DNA of 64,000 bases from Fimicolochytrium jonesii (Eukaryota), in contig NW_026515679.1 of the NCBI RefSeq assembly GCF_025526975.1, positions 1 to 64,000 of the forward strand. Direction: 5' to 3'. This document shows positions 61,256 through 64,000 of this stretch, one piece after another (position 1 is the first letter of the stretch; each line of letters opens with the position of its first letter). The notes beneath the pieces were generated by a model that saw only the letters and a program-made list of their open reading frames with translations, was not told where the DNA came from and did not search any database. Position numbers and translations under genes: made by a program.

Positions 61256-61557
61256 GTCGTTCTTCCGCCCGGCTACTTGACCGATATGATGTATTGCCGA
61301 AGTGTTTTGCGTTGGAAATGGAAACGGGAGAGACGTGGGAGAGAAGGGAGAGCTCAAAGCAGGCAGGAGAGCGCGAGGAGCGCGTTGGTGATTCCCAGAG
61401 TTCCCAGACGTCATTTGTTCTCGGCCTGGACTCTGGCCTGGACCTTCCAAGAGTTCCAAGCATCGCCCATACACACGCAGGAGAGCTTAGAAGCCTCCAG
61501 CAAAGCCAACCTCATATCCGGAAAACAGTATTGCCGTTCGCTGTATGTACATCAATC

Positions 61558-64000
61558 ATGTCGAGACATAGAAACATCCGGAACCTTGATCTCGACGGTA
61601 GGTTGGCTCGGTGACTGGTGGGTTAGTGGCTCGAGCGAGCACTTACAGAACTTAACCTTAGACGAGTTGGATGACGACTACGACGACGACGACGACTACT
61701 ATGACGAGGATGAATATGAGGAACATGGTACTGCCGTTCCGTACGATAGTGAACCGAAGGATGAAGCTGTAGATCACTTCCTTTCTCTTAGGCTACGATA
61801 ACGACGAACACGGGGGTGACTTAACAGGAGGCGAGAATACCGAAGCATCGGCCAAACTCGTTGATGAAGTCGCTGGAATAGTAGGAAAGGAGTTCCCGAA
61901 AGAGCAAATACAGGCTGCGTTGCGTCAAAATCAGAACGACAGCGAGCGCGCTGTGAACTTCCTTCTTGGTGAGAAATGAGTGTAGAAAGGGTCGCCGATG
62001 TGTTGGAGACTGATTGACGTCGGCTGTGAAAGATCAGGGTTCGCGTAGCAATCCTCCACCCGGACTTGCGCCGCCACCAGGCTTCGCTCAACCGGCGGCG
62101 CAATCATCTGGCAAATCAGGATCTCAGAGAGCAGAAGGTAAGCAGCGTACATTAGCCTCGTCGAGCAGCGTGAGGACTCGGAGGACTATTTCGGCTTGGG
62201 TCTGGAAATCGGTCATGCGGAATGATTCGGCTTGTCCTTGAGGATTGTGCTATCTTGGATTCACCAATGTCCGGTGTGTTCAGGTGTTCTGGGATCCGGG
62301 ACCATGTACACGATTGTGCAATGCGAAGATGATGGGTTAGAGTTCCGAACGGTGTATCCGCTGAACATCCCAATCATCACTGCGACGCCACGGCAAGTTG
62401 AATCTGAGGAAAAAACGCGTGCAAGTCCACCGGGAGGCGATAATGTGTTGCGTTGTTTGCCGACGAGCGATCTTCCGGATGAGATTGGCAAGGACACAGC
62501 CGCTGCAAAAACCGGCCCGCTTAGCTCTACGGAAAAGTCATCGCGAGGTCATAGTACCCCAGCAGCTGCAAACACAACGACGTTAGGAAGCGAGTCAAAT
62601 TCCAACCTCCAACTACCTCACATCACGAGGAATCCGGTCGAACTAGGACAGCCAACTCTGATACCTCCGGTCTCAACCACGCAGACCGACGGCGATGGGA
62701 CAGCTTTGGCTGGAACGCTTGCCGGTTCAGGGCCGCTTTCCAGCAACTCCGGCCTCAGCAACCTATTGCCGGCTTCCAGCGGTCATACGTTATCGACCGG
62801 TGGGGCGGATCGGACGACCCTTTCTGGTGTCTCAGTGATTGGAACTCTGAATCCTCAAACCCCAGGAGTCAGTCTCGCGAGTTTGGCTCCGGGAAATCCG
62901 GCCGGCGAAACCCGGAAAACGCCTGGTCAATCAGTTTTCCCTCCGTTTCCTTCGAACGGCGGAACTCTTACCACGTTGCAGAGCGCCATACCTGCTTCGG
63001 GAAGCTTTTCCCCGTCATCTCTTCAAGGGGGCTTATCTTTAGCCAGTCTCAGCTCGACGAAGTCTCTAGGTGGGAGTGGGCCCGGTAGTCTGAGTGCACT
63101 CTACACTCCATCGAGCCTACCCATGATCGGAGGGATGTCAACACCAAGCGGACCAGCATCAATATCTTTGGCGAGTCTGGCGGGGCCGCCTTCTACATTA
63201 GGCAGTCAGGCTGGTGGTTTAAGCGCGCTCTATACCCCATCTAGCTTGTCAAAAGCAGGAGGCTTGACGACAAGAAGCGGGCCAGCACCAGGATCTGTAG
63301 CGAGTCTGGATGGGCCTTCTTCAATGTTGACAATGGGGCTGAGCTTTGTTCCTGGACAGCCCTTAGCTCCATCCGCCGGCACAGGCCTCGGACAACTAAG
63401 CAGCACAGCGGCATCAATGAGCGGGAAAGATGCGATCAAAAGCGCATTGGCCGCTTTGGGCGGAAGAACGGATACGAATTCACCGGCAGCTGTGACAACT
63501 GGTCTGGCCAACGTACACGACTCGAGGTCGTCGCTTTCCGCCAATTATCCCCGACTCTCTTCAGCTCATACCTCTATATCGATAAGCGGGATGTCACAAC
63601 CGGCTGGAGCACCTTCACGCGTTCCAACATCAGCTCCACGACCATCTTCTCGCGCGGCCTCATCCGCAAAGATCCTTCTGCCTTCACATTCACAGGGACC
63701 AGCTGAACAGCTCGATAACCAGACATTGAAGACCGTGTCTCTTGTAGCGACCCCTTCGGTCTTCGCCGATGTCCTCACGTGCTCGACGGCGGTGTCCAAA
63801 AATGAGGATGCAAACAACGCTAATTTTCCTGTCTCGTCAGGGGCTCCGTCATTGGCCGCTACTTCCACAAAAGCCAAGGGTGGGAGCGTCGTTCCGTTCT
63901 CGTTCGACACTCCAAGTCCTGATGACATAGTCGGAATGGCCAGAAACAAGAGCAGTCAAGGTGGGAGCGATGTTTGTTTCCGCTCTCTGCTGTTTTGAAT
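61558..64000 (+). CDS. HBS1: HBS1/SKI7 locus, 5' part (GTPase domain expected beyond the window)
   Basis: MSRHRNIRNLDLD start, acidic tract and UBA-like IQAALRQNQNDSERAVNFLL. A long low-complexity exon ends with ATPSVFADVL and PFSFDTPSPDDIV. Confidence 0.8.

Overview
Eukaryotic genomic DNA, most likely a zoosporic fungus (chytrid-like). This is inferred from short GT-AG introns with CTRAC branch points, a fungal Gvp36-type BAR gene, SCAMP, and cilium-associated CCDC33-like and NDK-like genes. The first ~22.5 kb is a nest of mobile DNA with four layers. (i) 1-11452 is the right part of an intronless, AT-richer endogenous Polinton-like DNA virus. It carries a capsid C-terminus, a small basic protein, an amphipathic protein and a ~2350-codon chimeric fibre. 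It ends in repeat arrays and a perfect 24+1+24 bp palindrome rather than a Polinton-type terminus. (ii) The virus sits in an intron of a PIF/Harbinger transposase gene; that element also has a Myb/SANT-like gene and an unexpected GATA-zinc-finger gene. (iii) The same transposase is split by a Ty3/gypsy chromovirus with three 275-bp LTRs, a 5-bp TSD and a candidate -1 frameshift signal. (iv) The chromovirus 3' LTR holds a 162-bp TG..CA solo LTR with a tRNA-Glu-derived Pol III cassette. From ~26 kb on are ordinary intron-containing host genes: NDK-like x2, SCAMP, Gvp36-like, epoxide hydrolase, LRR, PH, ABC_ATPase/MRB1590-like, tRNA-Ser, catalase, CCDC33-like, F-box, Nup159/214, a deaminase and HBS1/SKI7. 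All family calls come from recognising motifs by eye; no database search was run.
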